Part shown: positions 28,243 to 40,790 of the stretch, one piece after another
Layout: each line of letters begins with the position of its first letter
Position numbering within the stretch: the stretch's first letter is position 1
DNA from: Emiliania huxleyi CCMP1516
Lineage: Eukaryota
Direction of reading: 5' to 3'
Length of the DNA: 64,000 bases
Assembly (NCBI RefSeq): GCF_000372725.1
Contig: NW_005201360.1
Span: forward strand, 332,881-396,880
The notes under the pieces: model-generated
The model's database searches: none
Seen by the model: only the letters and a program-made list of their open reading frames with translations
What the model was told of the DNA's origin: nothing
Translations under genes and position numbers: made by a program

Positions 28243-29305
28243 CCTTTCACCTCCGGCCGCCTCCCGCCGACCGCCACGCCAGCTTGCCTGCCGCCCTGTC
28301 GTCTCGCCTGTCGCCTGCCCGCCCTCGCCGCCTCTCGCCGACCACCACGCCAGCTTGGCCGCCGCCCTGTCGTCTCGCCTATCGCCCGCCCGCCCTCGCC
28401 CTCGCCCCCTCCTCCCGCCACCACCCTCGCCTCACCCTCCCGCCGCCTCGCCGCTCGCTTGCTCGCTCGCGCGCCCGCTCGCGCCTGGCTTTCTACTTCC
28501 TCGTGATCGCCCGAATCTCTCCTTCCTCGTGATCCACCCTCGCCTCACCCTCCCGCCGCCTCGCTGCTCGCTCGCCGCTTGCTCGCCCGCCCGACTTTCT
28601 ACTTCCTCGTGATCCGAACCGCCACCACCCTCGCCTCACCCTCCCGCCGCCTCGCCGCTCTCGCTCGCCGTTCGCTCGCCCGCTCCCGACTTTCTACTTC
28701 CTCGTGATCCATCTCGCCGCCCGCTCGCTCGCTCGCGCTCGACCTCCTACTTCCTCGTGATCCACCGCCGCCACCCTCGCCTCGCCCTCCCGCCGCCTAG
28801 CCGCTCGCTCGCCGCTCGCTCGCACGTTCGCGCTCGACCTTCTACTTCCTCGTGATCCACCGCCGCCACCCTCGCCCCGCCCTCCCGCCGCCTGGCCGCT
28901 CGCCTGCCGCTCGCTCGCACATTCGCGCTCGACCTTCTACTTCCTCGCGATCAACCCGCCGCCACCCTCACGCCACCCTCGCCTCACCCTCCCGCCGCCA
29001 AGCCGCTCGCTCGCCGTCCGCTCGCCCGCTCGCGCCAGACCTTCTACCTTCTCGTGATCCGCCCGCCGCCACCCTCGCCTCACCCTCCCGCCGCCAAGCC
29101 GCTCGCTCGCCGCTCGCTCGCACGCCCGCGCCAGACCTTCTACCTCCTCGTGATCCGCCCGCCGCCACCCTCGCCTCACCCTCCCGCCGCCAAGCCGCTC
29201 GCTCGCCGTCCGCTCGCCCGCTCGCGCCAGACCCTCTACCTCCTCGTGATCCGCCCGCCGCCACCCTCGCCTCGCCCTCCCGCCGCCAAGCCGCTCGCTC
29301 GCTCC
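28243..29305. repeat. C-rich minisatellite, about 70-80-bp degenerate unit
   Basis: Recurring ttctacttcctcgtgatcc...gccaccctcgcctcaccctcccgccgcc...gctcgctcgcc. Confidence 0.9.
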
Positions 29306-30474
29306 TATCCGTGCCACCCTATCCGTGGTCCTGCCGCCACCGCGCCATCCTCGCTCCTTCCTGCCGCCGCCCTCTGCTCAGTCGTTTGACCCGCCGCCCA
29401 ATGCTCCGCCGTTCGCTGCCGTGGTCTGCCGCCGTGCCGCCGCTCCTTACCGTGCCGCTCCTTCCGCGCCTCGCCGCCCTTGCCATTTATTCGCCGTCCC
29501 TCCTGCCGTGCGTTACCGCCGTGCCGCCGTACCGCCGCTCCTACAGTGCCGCGCCGCCTCCCACACGCACACACCCTACCTCCTGCTCGACCGAGTTTGC
29601 GATGAGAAGTGACCCGAGCCGCCGGGTGCCCCGCAGCGGCCTCGCTGGACCAGAAGAACCGGTCCGCGAGTGCTCCGCAGCAGCCTCGCTGAGCCAGAAC
29701 GTCGGCTCGCGAGGTGGGGTGCTAGTATGAGCCCGATCCGTCGTAGAGTTCTTGCGCTTCGGCGGTTAGTGGTGCACTAACCTCCGAGAAACCCTTCGGG
29801 TCGCTCCTCATCGCAAACCCTGTCAGCAGAGTCTCCTACGGGAATGTACGTAACCTCTTCAGACCCAGGTTCGCGACTCTGCGTGGCCGACTCACACAGC
29901 GAGCCTTCCTGTCTCCCTGCTGCCGATTCATCGGGCATGCTCAGTCAAGATATTGTAGAGACCGACCATATGCACAATATCTTGACTGAGAGCTAAGCCC
30001 AGTTCGACGATCGGCAGCCTCACCGCGGGTCGCGCCGCTGTGCAGCGAGAGCCAGGCTCGCCCGGCGATGGTGACCAGAGAGTGCTCAACAAATACCAGA
30101 AAAATTCAGGGAGCCTCAGGGAGTGCCACTGCCACCACCCAGGCCGCGGGAGCCGATCGGCTGCGCCGAGGACAGCTCCCTCAGTGTGCTCCGCGGCTCA
30201 CCAGTGTGCGCCGCGGCGCCGTCCAGCCACTTTGGCGGCCAGCCACCGCTCGAGTTCTTCGACTCTGGAGGACAGAAAGGTACCGTCTGAAAGGTATTTT
30301 CATGCTCTATTGACTGGCGAAAAAATCCCCCGCAAAATGTTTTCACAGCGGGCGTGATTCACAGGTAAGCATGAGCGAAGCATGGGGTCCGAAGAGGGTA
30401 AGAGCTACATACGCCTAGAGAACACAACCCCCTCTCTCTTTTCTCCCAGTAAGCTAAAAGTACGTACACTGAAA

Positions 30475-31365
30475 ATGACGGCTTGCGCCATGACCAACAT
30501 GTTAGCGCGAACCACGCGAGCCCATTGCTCCGGCGTGAGCCGTCGCGTCCGTGTGCCTCGCGAGTCGGTGGTGGTAACCTACTCGCGTTCTAGCGGTCCC
30601 GGCGGGCAGAATGTCAACAAGGTGTGCCACCAACGGCTACCGCACGCCGCGTTGCACCACCGTCCCTGATATGCGGCTTGGCAGCTAACCACGCCTTGTT
30701 GCCGGCTGCTTGGAATCAACACACGCTGTCGCGACTCTGCGACGCTGTGGCCACAGCGCCGAGAATGTCCGGGCACCCCGCCGCAGGTGTCCACGAAGGC
30801 GAGCCTGCGTCTCGACGTCTCCGAGCGGTCCGCGTGGTGGCTGCCGCCCGCGGTGCGCGAGCGTCTGCTGGAGCGGCAGCGAGGCGGCTGCCACCAGACG
30901 CGGTGGCTGCTGCGCCAGAGCCCCCTGACTCGTCCCCGCGACTCGTTTCTCCAGGCGCCGTCACCAAGAGCGGCGAATTGCTGCTCTCGTGCGACGAGAC
31001 GCGATCGCAGGCGCGGCGCTTGCTGCACGCGAAGCATCGTTCCCGCCGCGACCTGTTGTTCGTCACCCGCGGCCACCGCAGGCGCGCAACCTGGCGCTCG
31101 GCCTCGAGCGGCTGCAGGCGGCGGTGGACGAGGCGGGCGCCGCACGCGCCGGAAGTCCACCATCTCTCCTCGCCCGTTCACGACGCACCCGAGAGCCGAC
31201 AGCCCCCGACGACACGGCCGTCAGGCGAGCGTCGAGCCGCGGGAGTATGTCGACCGGCGCTCGTTGCCGGAGACGGAGGGGAGGCGGCACGAGCGGGTCC
31301 GGGAGAAGCGGCAGCACGGCCGAAAGAAGGAGAGCCGCGCGAGCAGGAGGGTGACGTTCGAGTAG
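30475..31365 (+). CDS. ICT1: ICT1/ArfB-like peptidyl-tRNA hydrolase (RF-1 GGQ domain), multi-exon
   Basis: YSRSSGPGGQNVNK|VSTKASLRLDV..WLP..VRERL, GELLLSCDETRSQ|ARNLALGLERL and basic tail REKRQHGRKKESR. Confidence 0.88.
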
Positions 31366-31719
31366 GGAAAGAGAGTGATGCTTTTTGGTTGTCCGTCCAT
31401 ACATGGACATCTCTGCGCAACATCGGAAGATCCTTGGACTGTAGATCGTAGATGCCTTTTAGAGATCTCTTAAGTGGCAAATCTCCTGCCAAGAGCAGCA
31501 GTAGAGATTGAAGAACTGGTGGGGGAGGGGGGCAAATCTTCTCTCCGGTGTACGGCTTACCGCGCTGATGCTCGAGTCTCGAGAGGAGTCTGAGATCTCG
31601 AGTTGGTGCGTGCAGTCGCTTGAGATCTTGCGACAGAGGTGGAGATTCTGACTTCCCGCCAAAGGCGCCTAGAGATCGTGTGGGCCGACTGGAGATTGCA
31701 AAATGGCGCGAAAAGAGGG

Positions 31720-32620
31720 TGGAGATCCTTTTGCATTGTGAATGAACGCCATAGCGCGTCTCCTTGAAGGTCGTTGAGCCCCCCCTCCTCCCCCGGGCCC
31801 CCGAATCGAGATTGGAGATTGGAGATGGAGATCGGAGATCGGTTTGACTGGATCCGGCCTAAGATGTAGCGACCCTGGATATTGGAGAGGACTGGAGAGA
31901 TGGAGATCGGAGCCCCCCAGCCCCTAGGTGGTGGTGACTCATCGATTTTTTTGTTTTGTTTTTAGATAAAGGTTCTGTGCGCGGACGGCCCGGGGAGCCT
32001 GCGGCGCCATTTTAATCTGCGCTCCTCTTTATGGCCTGCGGCGCCTGGCTTGAGCTTGGAAGTGTAAACGAGTCCGCCAGGGCGGTCTGCAAACACGGAG
32101 CGCGCTGCGCGGCGCGCGCGGTCTACGCCGAACTGGGGGCGGTATCGTGGTTCACGCTGCCAACTCGGCAAATAAGTTCGCCGTAGACCGCGCGCGCAGC
32201 GCGCTCCGTTTGCAGACCGCCGCCCTGGCGGACTCGTTTACACTTCCAAGCTCAAGCCAGGCGCCGCAGGCCATAAAGGCTCCCCGGGCCGTCCGCGCAC
32301 AGACCACAGGAAAAAACAAAAATATATAAACATCTATCAACACCGCTGGGGTTGGGTGGGCTCCGATCTCCCCATCTCCAATACTCTCTAATCCACAGCG
32401 TCGTCATCTTAGGCCGGGGATCCAGTTATATCTCCGATCTCCATCTTCAATCTCCAATCTCCAACGTCGCAGCAACGTCGTCATCTTAGGCCGGATTCAG
32501 TCAGATCTCCGATCTCCATCTCCAATCTCCAATCTCCAATCTCGATTCGGGGGCCCGGGGGAGGAGGGGGGCTCAAACCTTCAAGGAGATGCGCTATGGA
32601 TTCATTCACACTGACCATCT
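31720..32620. repeat. Large imperfect palindrome (foldback-like element)
   Basis: 31740-31960 is inverted to about 32310-32610 and 31975-32134 is inverted to 32176-32303. GGAGAT/ATCTCC repeats extend to about 31420 and 32990. Confidence 0.85.
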
Positions 32621-34453
32621 CCTATCTCCCATCTCCAATCTTCCATTTGGCCACTGTCGCCGCCGGCAGCAATCTACGACCTCCATTTTCGATCTTCGAT
32701 CTCACATCTGGGGCGGATTGGCTGGGCGCTAGGATCTACAATCTGCATTCTCCATCTCCTATCTCCACATTTTGGCCCGTGTTGCTGCTCAGCGATCTAC
32801 AATCCACAATCTCAATCTTCGATCTTTAGTCTTGAATGGGGAACCGGACAGGAGGGATCTACTGGCGAGACTTGGGCGTGTCCGTGTGAGAGATCCGCTA
32901 GGATCTCCAGTCTTAATCTACTATCTCTACCCCAACGATCTCCTGTTCTTGCGCAGAGATTTCCATTACTCTGTCCGTCGTGGAGATCGAGTGTGTGGCA
33001 TCAGTAACCAGCCGCTCCGGCGGGGGGGGGGGGGGGCTTGCACGCTAGACGACGAGCCGTAGTACGGCCCGTACCAAAAAGTGTGTACCATATCCAAAAC
33101 CCCCGAAAGTACCCCAAGCGCCTCTCCGACGTCCCCGAGAGCGCGTGCGCAGACGGACTACTATCTAGTAGAGAGAGGCTCAAGTGACAAGTCACACACG
33201 GGTGCCATCTGCCTACACGACAAAGCATTACGGAAACGGGGCCCCGCCCCCGGCGGGGCCGGCGGCGGCGCCTCGCGCAGTCGCTCACAGTACCGACACT
33301 TCCCGATTAAGCTAGATTAAGCTTAAATTTTAAGGCAGACTTTTGGAGATATCTCGATCGAGAAGTACACACAGATAAGACCCTAAGACCCTACCACAGA
33401 TTACTCCAGACAGCAAGACAGGCCGACGTCTGCACGCGGCCGGCCGGGCGAGAGGCTTGACGCGATCCGACCCTGCGACCCTGACGCTGCTGCTCTAGCT
33501 ATCAGAGATGACCTGCGAGAAAAAATAAACTTGGAGCACTTGGAGTGCAGTCAGTAACCTCACATCCAGGGCCGGGGAGCTGAGAAGCGCACCCAGCGGG
33601 CCGGACTATTTCATGTTTCTTTTTTCTCGCCCACCCTTGCCGGTTGTGGAGGACACGATCCCGGCGTAAACACGACTAACTGACGGATCCGCTCCTGACC
33701 AGTCGCACGCGCCGCGCTGCGGCGCGTGCGACGGTCTCTTTGTTTGAAGTAAAAAGTCGAATCAGAGCGCCGTCGGCGTTGTCCCCTCCATTTTCCTCCC
33801 CCGGACCGCCCAACCGGGACCGCTCCGGGACGCACGCCGGCGAAGCACCATCAAGCTGCTGTACGGCCCCGGCATCGCCTCCCCTGGCTTAGCTAGACTG
33901 AGTGAGAGATATACCTCCACGGGGCTGTTGGCGCAGGGGGGGGTGTCAATCACGCTCCCGGGACGCCGGAGAGATCGGGTTGGTCTCCCCCGCCTTCAGC
34001 CCTGACCCGACGGGGACGCCACCACCCTCGCCCAGGGATCTACAATGCTCTCTTAAGGTCCGACCTGTGGGCTCTGCCTGCGCTCGGCACCGGGCACCGC
34101 CTCGGTATACAAAATGCGCCTGCGGGCGGACCCTTCACAGATCACAGATCACAATATATACACTGACACTTTACCACTCAGAGCTCGTCCCGGTCCGCCA
34201 CGGCCATCCTCGGCCTCCGAAGGGCCCCCGGCCGCGGCGCGGTGCGGCGGCGTCACAAATCTCTCTCAAATCCGACGGCAGACAGAGCACCGGGACGCGG
34301 TCGGGCGATCTGAGTGAGGTCCAACTAGGCGTATGGATTGCCCACCCAGGGCTATCACCTGGACCCATCAACAGGCGCCTGCGCGCTGCGGCGCCGTGCT
34401 CAGGAGGTGTTGTTCACACCTGCCCAACCATTCATGCACGCACAGTAGGACCA

Positions 34454-35426
34454 TGACGGGACACCACATGCACGAAGCCTCACCAGCGCGCTGGCAAACT
34501 TGCCTCGAGGTTGTGGCCGCCGTGTGGGTGGCGTTGTGCAGCGTTGTGCGTACTCTCTCTCGCGTTGTGTGGGAGCGGTTTCTCGAGACCCGCGCCCAGA
34601 AGGCCATGCGGCTGGCGAGGACGGCCGCCTGCAAGGAGGCGCAAAAGCTGCCAAAGCCGGCTCCGAAAGCAACACTCGCGCAGCGGCGGGCCACGGATCG
34701 TGCGCAGGCCGAGGCGATGGCCGCGCAGAAGCGGGAGGCGCAAGAGAGGGAGGCGCAAGAGGCGGCTGCGAGGGACGCGCAAGCGGAGGCGAGCCGCGAG
34801 CAGCGGGAGGCGGCCAGGCGGCAGGCTGCAGAGCAGCAGAGACAGCGGCAGGCTGCGGCGCAGGCGGCGGAGCGAGAGAGACTGGCAGCACTCGAGCGGC
34901 GGCAGTTGGCCGCGGACGCCGTCGGCAGGAAGCTGCTGGCCGATGTTGTGGCGGCGGAGGCGCGCAGGATCTTCTTCTCGCCGGAGGTTGCGGAAGAAAT
35001 GGAGCGCCGCCACGCCGCCGCCCTCGCCGCCGCGGCGGAGGCGGCGGAACGGCGAGCGCGCGAGGCGGCGCGCGCCCAGGAGAGGCGCGAGGCGGCGCAG
35101 GTGGAGCTGAGGCGGGCGGTCAAGCTCGCGGTCGACGAGGAGTGGATAGCGTACTGCCTGAGCGAGGCGGAGGTGGCCGGCTGCGAGGAGAGCAAAGCGC
35201 TCCGCCAGGCCCGCCGCCGCGTCGAGGCGCGCAGGCAGGACGCGCAGGCGGCAGCGGCGGCACGGCGGCGGCGCGAGGCGGCGTGGGGCTCGCCGCTGCA
35301 CGGAGGAGCAGCCCGCGACAGCGGCGGCGGTGGCAGCGGCGGCGGCGACAGCGGCGGCGGCGACTGGAGCGAGAGCGAGGAGGCGGGAGAGGAGGGAGAG
35401 GGGAGGGGCCTCGGTCCCTGCAGCGA

Positions 35427-35474
<48 letters not shown>

Positions 35475-36400
35475 GCGCGAGGCGGAGAAGGTGGCCGAGG
35501 TGCAACGGAGAGAGAGGGAGGAGCGACTCGAGCGGGAGGCGCGCGCTGCGGCCGCCAGCGCCGCCAAGAAGCTCGCGAGTGAGGAGAGGGAGCGGGAGAG
35601 GCTGAGGAAGGATACGGCGCGGAGGGCGGATGAGGCGAGGCTAGAGCAGGCGAGGCGCGCGGCGGAGGAGGACGCGGCGCTCGACGAAGTGAGGAGGGCG
35701 AGGGAGCGGGAGGAGCGGGAGGAGCGGGAGGAGCGGGAGGAGCAAGCGCGTTGGGCGGTAGAGGAGGAGGTGAGGGGGGCGCGGCGGGCGGCGGAGGGGG
35801 AGGCGCGGCGGCGTGCGGAGGCGGCGGCGGAGGCGGAGGCGGCGGCGGAGGCGGAGGCGGCGGAGGCGGCGGAGTGCGTCATCCCGTTGGCGGGTTGGGG
35901 CGCGGCGAGGGGTGCGGCGCGCACCTTCGAGGAAGAGATGTTGGAGAAGCAGATGCGGGAGTGCGACGCGGCGGCGGAGGCGGCGCGTCAAGCGGCGAGG
36001 CAGGCGGCGGAGGCGGCGGCCGAGGCAGCGGCGGCCGAGGCGGTAGCGGCCGAGGCGGCGGCCGAGGCGGCGGCGGCGGAGGCGGCGGCCGAGGTGGCGG
36101 CGGCTGAGGCGGCGATGGCCGAGCTCAGGCGGGAGCGCGCCGCGTTGGACAGCGCCACGCTGCCGCAAAAGGTGTGTGGCTGGCCACTGGCCACTGTGGA
36201 GAGGGGGAGACGCTCCCCCGAGCCGGAGCCGTTGTGAGTAGGTGGACGCCATCTGCATTGCGCTCGAGATCCCGCGCGAGGGCGCTACCAGCACCATTGG
36301 TGGTGCTGTGGCAAAGGCAAACGCGATGGCGGGACTGGAGGACGTGGGCGGGCTGCTTCGCCAAGTGGAGAGGCTCCTTGACACACTAATCGGCGCGTGA
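34454..36400 (+). CDS. Ala/Glu/Arg-rich coiled-coil protein with a small C-terminal helical module
   Basis: Long ORF. Intron 36172-36241 joins TLPQK|VDAICIALEI...AVAKANAMAGL...LLRQVERLLDTLIGA*. Confidence 0.6.
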
Positions 36401-36820
36401 CCGCCTCTCGAAAAATGCTCGCGGGGGGGGGGGGGTCCGAGAAGATCGGTATTTTCTACGTGTGATGTGTGTGTGTGGATGGGGAGAGGATGAGGATGGC
36501 CCCTGAGTTCGCTTCACATGCGTGATACTGTAGCGGCTTGTGTTGCACGTATGTGTGCACAGCGTGTGCGTGACCGTGTGAGTTTTTGACACACTCAAGC
36601 TTGTGTGTTGTGAGAAGAGCTTCGAGCCGTGCACTCCGTGCACGGCCCCTGGCGCCTGGGCCTCTGAGCTCTCTCTACACTCTGGACTACATGACAGAGT
36701 ACGCGCAGCTCTCCAGCTTGCCTTTCTTTCAAGGACAACCAAGATCGCGACTTAAACACTTCGCCTCGCGAGCCTACTTAGAGATAGAGTTGTTCGATGA
36801 GACCCACACAGACTCCATCG

Positions 36821-39329
36821 TCATCGGCGATCGGTGGCGTCGCCATCCGCGCCCCAATCACCTCCTCCCCCTCCACCGCCGCCGCCCCCTGCACCGCCGC
36901 GCCTCCGCAACGACCTCTCCGCGTGCCGCTGAATGGCCTCGAGGTGAAGGCGCGCCGCCTCCTCATCCCCGGCCGTGACGGCGGCGAGCGCGTCGATGGT
37001 CTTGCAGATGCTCTCGAGGAGCGCTCCGTTCGCGTCCGAGACTGGCGGGGCGGCCGGCGAGGCGTCGCGGGTGACATGCTCCGGCGGCATGCCGCTGGCC
37101 GGGGCGGCTGCGTGGGCCGGAATACCCGTCCCGCCGACGGGCTGGGGTGCATGGCCGCCTCCGCTGACGTATCCAGCCGGCGGCAGAGCACTCTCGCCGA
37201 CGCTCGCCGCGGGCGGCGCGGCACCTGGCGCAACGCCGTGCGGCCGCTTGAAGTCCGCCGTCGACTTGTCGTAGAAGTTGTTTTGCAAGCCGGGCGAGCG
37301 GCTGCGCCGCTCGGCGTCGATCGGCGGCGGCGCGCTGGCCGGTACCGCCGCGCCGCCCTGCGCCTGGAAGGCCTCGCCCTCCCTCCCGGCCCCGTAGGAA
37401 GGCGTTGCGTTGTCTCTCGTCGCTGCGGACGGCGGAGCGGCGGGCGCCGCACCCGGTGCCACGCCGTGCGGCCGCTTGAAGTCCGCCGTAGGGATGTCGT
37501 AAAAGTTGTTTTGCAAGCCGGGCGAACGGCTGCGCCGCTCGGCGTCAATCGGCGGCGGCGCGTAGGCGGGTCCGTCCGGAGCCCCAGCGCCGCCCTGCGC
37601 CTGGAAGGCCTCGTACTCGCCCTCGCGGCCGGGCATCGGAGTCTCGGCGCCGTAGGCTGGCGTTGCGTTGTCTCTCGTCGAGCCGACAGCCGCGACAGAC
37701 GGCGGAGCGGCGGGCGGTGCGGCACCTGGCGCAACGCCGTGCGGCCGCTTGAAGTCCGCCGTAGGGATGTCGTAAAAGTTGTTTTGCAGGCCGGGCGAGC
37801 GGCTGCGCCGCTCGGCGTCGATCGGCGGCGGCATGTGCGAACGCCCCGCTGCAGCCCCAGCGCCGCCCTGCGCCTGGAAGGCCTCGTACTCGCCCTCGCG
37901 GCCGGGCATCGGAGTCTCGGCGCCGTAGGAGAGCGGCGCGTTGTCTCTCGTCGAGCCGGCGCCGGCGTCGCCGGCATCCGCGGGCGGCGCTTCCGGGGCC
38001 GCGGGCGACATCCCGTAGGGCCGCTTGAAGTCCGCCGTCGACACCTCGTAGAAGTTGTTCTGCAGCCCGGGAGAGCGGCTGCGCCGCTCGGCGTCGATCG
38101 GCGGCGGCGCGTAGGCGGGTCCGCCCGGGGCCTGGCCGCTCGCCGCCTGCGCCGCCTTGAAGGCCTCGTACTCCTTCTCTCGTCCCGGCATCGGGGTCTC
38201 CTCGCTTGGCTGCGAGAGGGAGTATCCCAGGCTTGGCTGGACCGGTGGGTTGCCTTGAGGAGCAGGAGGAGGAGCAGGAAACGGGGGCGGGGGCGACGGC
38301 AGAGCGGCGGCGGGCTGCAACGGCTGGCGGGAGACGGGGCGGGGCGCGGGGCGCGACATGGCCGCCGCCGCCCCATTCTTCATCCGATTCCTCCGATGCT
38401 GGGCAAGCGCGTGGTCGCTTGCGGCCTTAGCTGCGGCGGCGGCGTTGGCAGCGGCGGCGGCGGCGGCGGCGGCGTTGCCAGGCGTCTGGGCCTCGGCGCC
38501 GTAGGCGGGCGGCGCGTCGTCCCTCGTTGAGTCGACGCCGCCGACGCCAGCAGCCACGACGGGCGGCGGCGCATCGGGCGGCGCGCCACGCACCCCGTAG
38601 GGCCGCTTGAAGTCCGCCGTCGACTTGTCGTAAAAGTTGTTTTGCAGGCCGGGCGAGCGGCTGCGCCGCTCGGCGTCGATCGGCGGCGGCGCGTAGGCGG
38701 GCTCCTCCGCCATCGGCATGGCCGCCTGCGCCGCCTTGAAGGCCTCGTACTCCTCCTCGCGGCCCGGCAGGGGCACCTCCTCTCCCGGCGCGGGCATCCA
38801 ATCGTGCTTCTTCCGGTCGCGCGCGGCCATCAGCGCGCGGATCGCGTCTCGGTCCCCCGCCTTCATCGCGGCCTGCAGGTCGCCGTTGTACGGCAGCTGC
38901 GAGTTGCGAAAGACGGCCCTCCTCGCGCCCTGCGCCTTGCGCTGCTCGTGGCCAGCGCCCGGCTGCGGCCCCGACGCCGCGCCGGCCGCCTCCTGCTCCC
39001 CCATGCGGCCGCGCAGCACCTCGATCGGAGACTGAACCTCCTCCTGCCGCCCCTGCCCCTGCCCCTGCTGCCCCTGCCCCTGCCCCTGCTGCTGCTGCCC
39101 CTCGTGAGAGGCCGGGGCCTGCCCCGGGAAAGCAGTCTCCTGCTGCGACGACAAGCCCTGCCCGCCTGGCCAGCCACCGCCCGCGACCCCTGCCTCCGAG
39201 GGCCGCGGCGGCAGGTCCACCTCCGTCGGAGGCGGCGCCATCACTGGCGGGGGCAGAGGAGGCGCGACGGGAAACGGCGGCGTCGGCGGCGGCGGCGTCG
39301 GCGTCGGCGGCGTCGGCAGCGGCGGCGGC

Positions 39330-39361
<32 letters not shown>

Positions 39362-40093
39362 CGGTGGCGGCGGGTCCTGCCGCGCCAGCCAAGACGCCTT
39401 GGCCGCCGACTCACGGATGGTCGACATCAGCGAGTCGAGGCCGCCGGCCAGCGGCGGCGGGGCGGGCGCGGGCGGCGGAACCGGTGGCTGGGGTAGCGCG
39501 GCTGGCGGACCTCGACTGGAGAGCCAGGCCGCCTTTGCGTCTGCCTCGGAAGGGACAGGCAGGTCTGGCACCGACGGCGGGGGCGCCATCACCGCAGGCG
39601 CGGGCGGGCCAGGAAAGGCGGGCAGCGGCGCCATGACCGCGGCGGGCGGGGGCGGGGCGGACTGCGGCGGCGGGACCGCAGGCACTGCGGCCGGGGTCGG
39701 AAAGGACAGCGGAGGCGGCGCGAGCGGTGGCGGCTGTCCGAGCGCCGGCGGCTGCGGCTCCTGCCTGGCCAGCCACGCCGTCCTCGCTTCTGCAGCCTCG
39801 ATTGCAGACTTGAGCATCTCGAGACCGCCGTGGGCTGGTGGTGCGGGTGGAGCAGGCGCGGGCGGAGGCGGCACGGCCGCGTTCCCGGCCAGCGGCTGGC
39901 GCCGGCCGGCTAGCCACGCAGCCTTGGCCTCGGCCTCTGACGACGGTTGCTGCGGCGGCTCGCCGTGTGAGCCGTGAGGCGGGGCGCGGCACAGGGGCGC
40001 ACGTGACCGAGACACGGCGCTTACCGGCAGCAGCGCGGGCCGCGAGAGCAACGCGCTGGAGAGGTAGAGGAAAGAGAGCGAGACGAGGTCCAT
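36821..40093 (-). CDS. Large disordered repeat protein with putative signal/bipartite presequence
   Basis: About 1090-aa ORF with 5 x PPPIDAERRSRSPGLQNNFY..TADFKRP.G, 5 x GRE(.)EYEAF-like motifs and 4 x A(K/R)..WL. Confidence 0.75.
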
Positions 40094-40790
40094 CAAGCGG
40101 GCTGATCGAGGTCAGAAGTGGGAAGAGAAAAATCGCTGCGGAGAAACTCCTCGTGTCCACCCATACCGCGTTGGTGTCCAGTCCGAGCCTGGCTGTTCTT
40201 CACCTTCCTACATACATACATACATAGATACATTTTTCTTTTTTTTTGAACGAGGCGGACGGAGGAGAGCGACGCGACAGGGCCATTGAGAATCGCGTCG
40301 GTAGCTGGAAGGGACTCGGGCTCGGGGAGCGGTAAAAACTCTTGGGGTCGCGGGCTCTTGGGGTAAAACTCAGTCAGGTAGCCGCCGCGGACGGTGCACG
40401 CTGCGCTGCTGCTGCTGTTTTTGTCGCGGACGGTGCGCTACACCTCCTTCCAGTCCGACGAGAGTGCAAACAAAACATGGGTCAGTGTTAGAGTTGTTTG
40501 GTATTGAAAATCTCTCTCGCTCGAGAGTGGGACGACCGCGAGGTGGCATGAAGGTTGCTGCGAGAATCGGTGAGCGACGGCGATTAATTTTTTTTGTCTC
40601 TTTGGCCGAGCCGCCCCGGAGCTTAGAAGAAGCGCCATACAGCAGAAAGCAGGGCGGGGCAAGCCGGCCAGGCCGACGCAGCCAGCCGCCCCCAGCGCAG
40701 CAAGAGAGGAGACCTCAGCCGACATAGAACGCACGCGCATCGGCATCGCGCCGTTCCACCCTCAACCGGCTCGCCGACCGCCGCCGCCAG

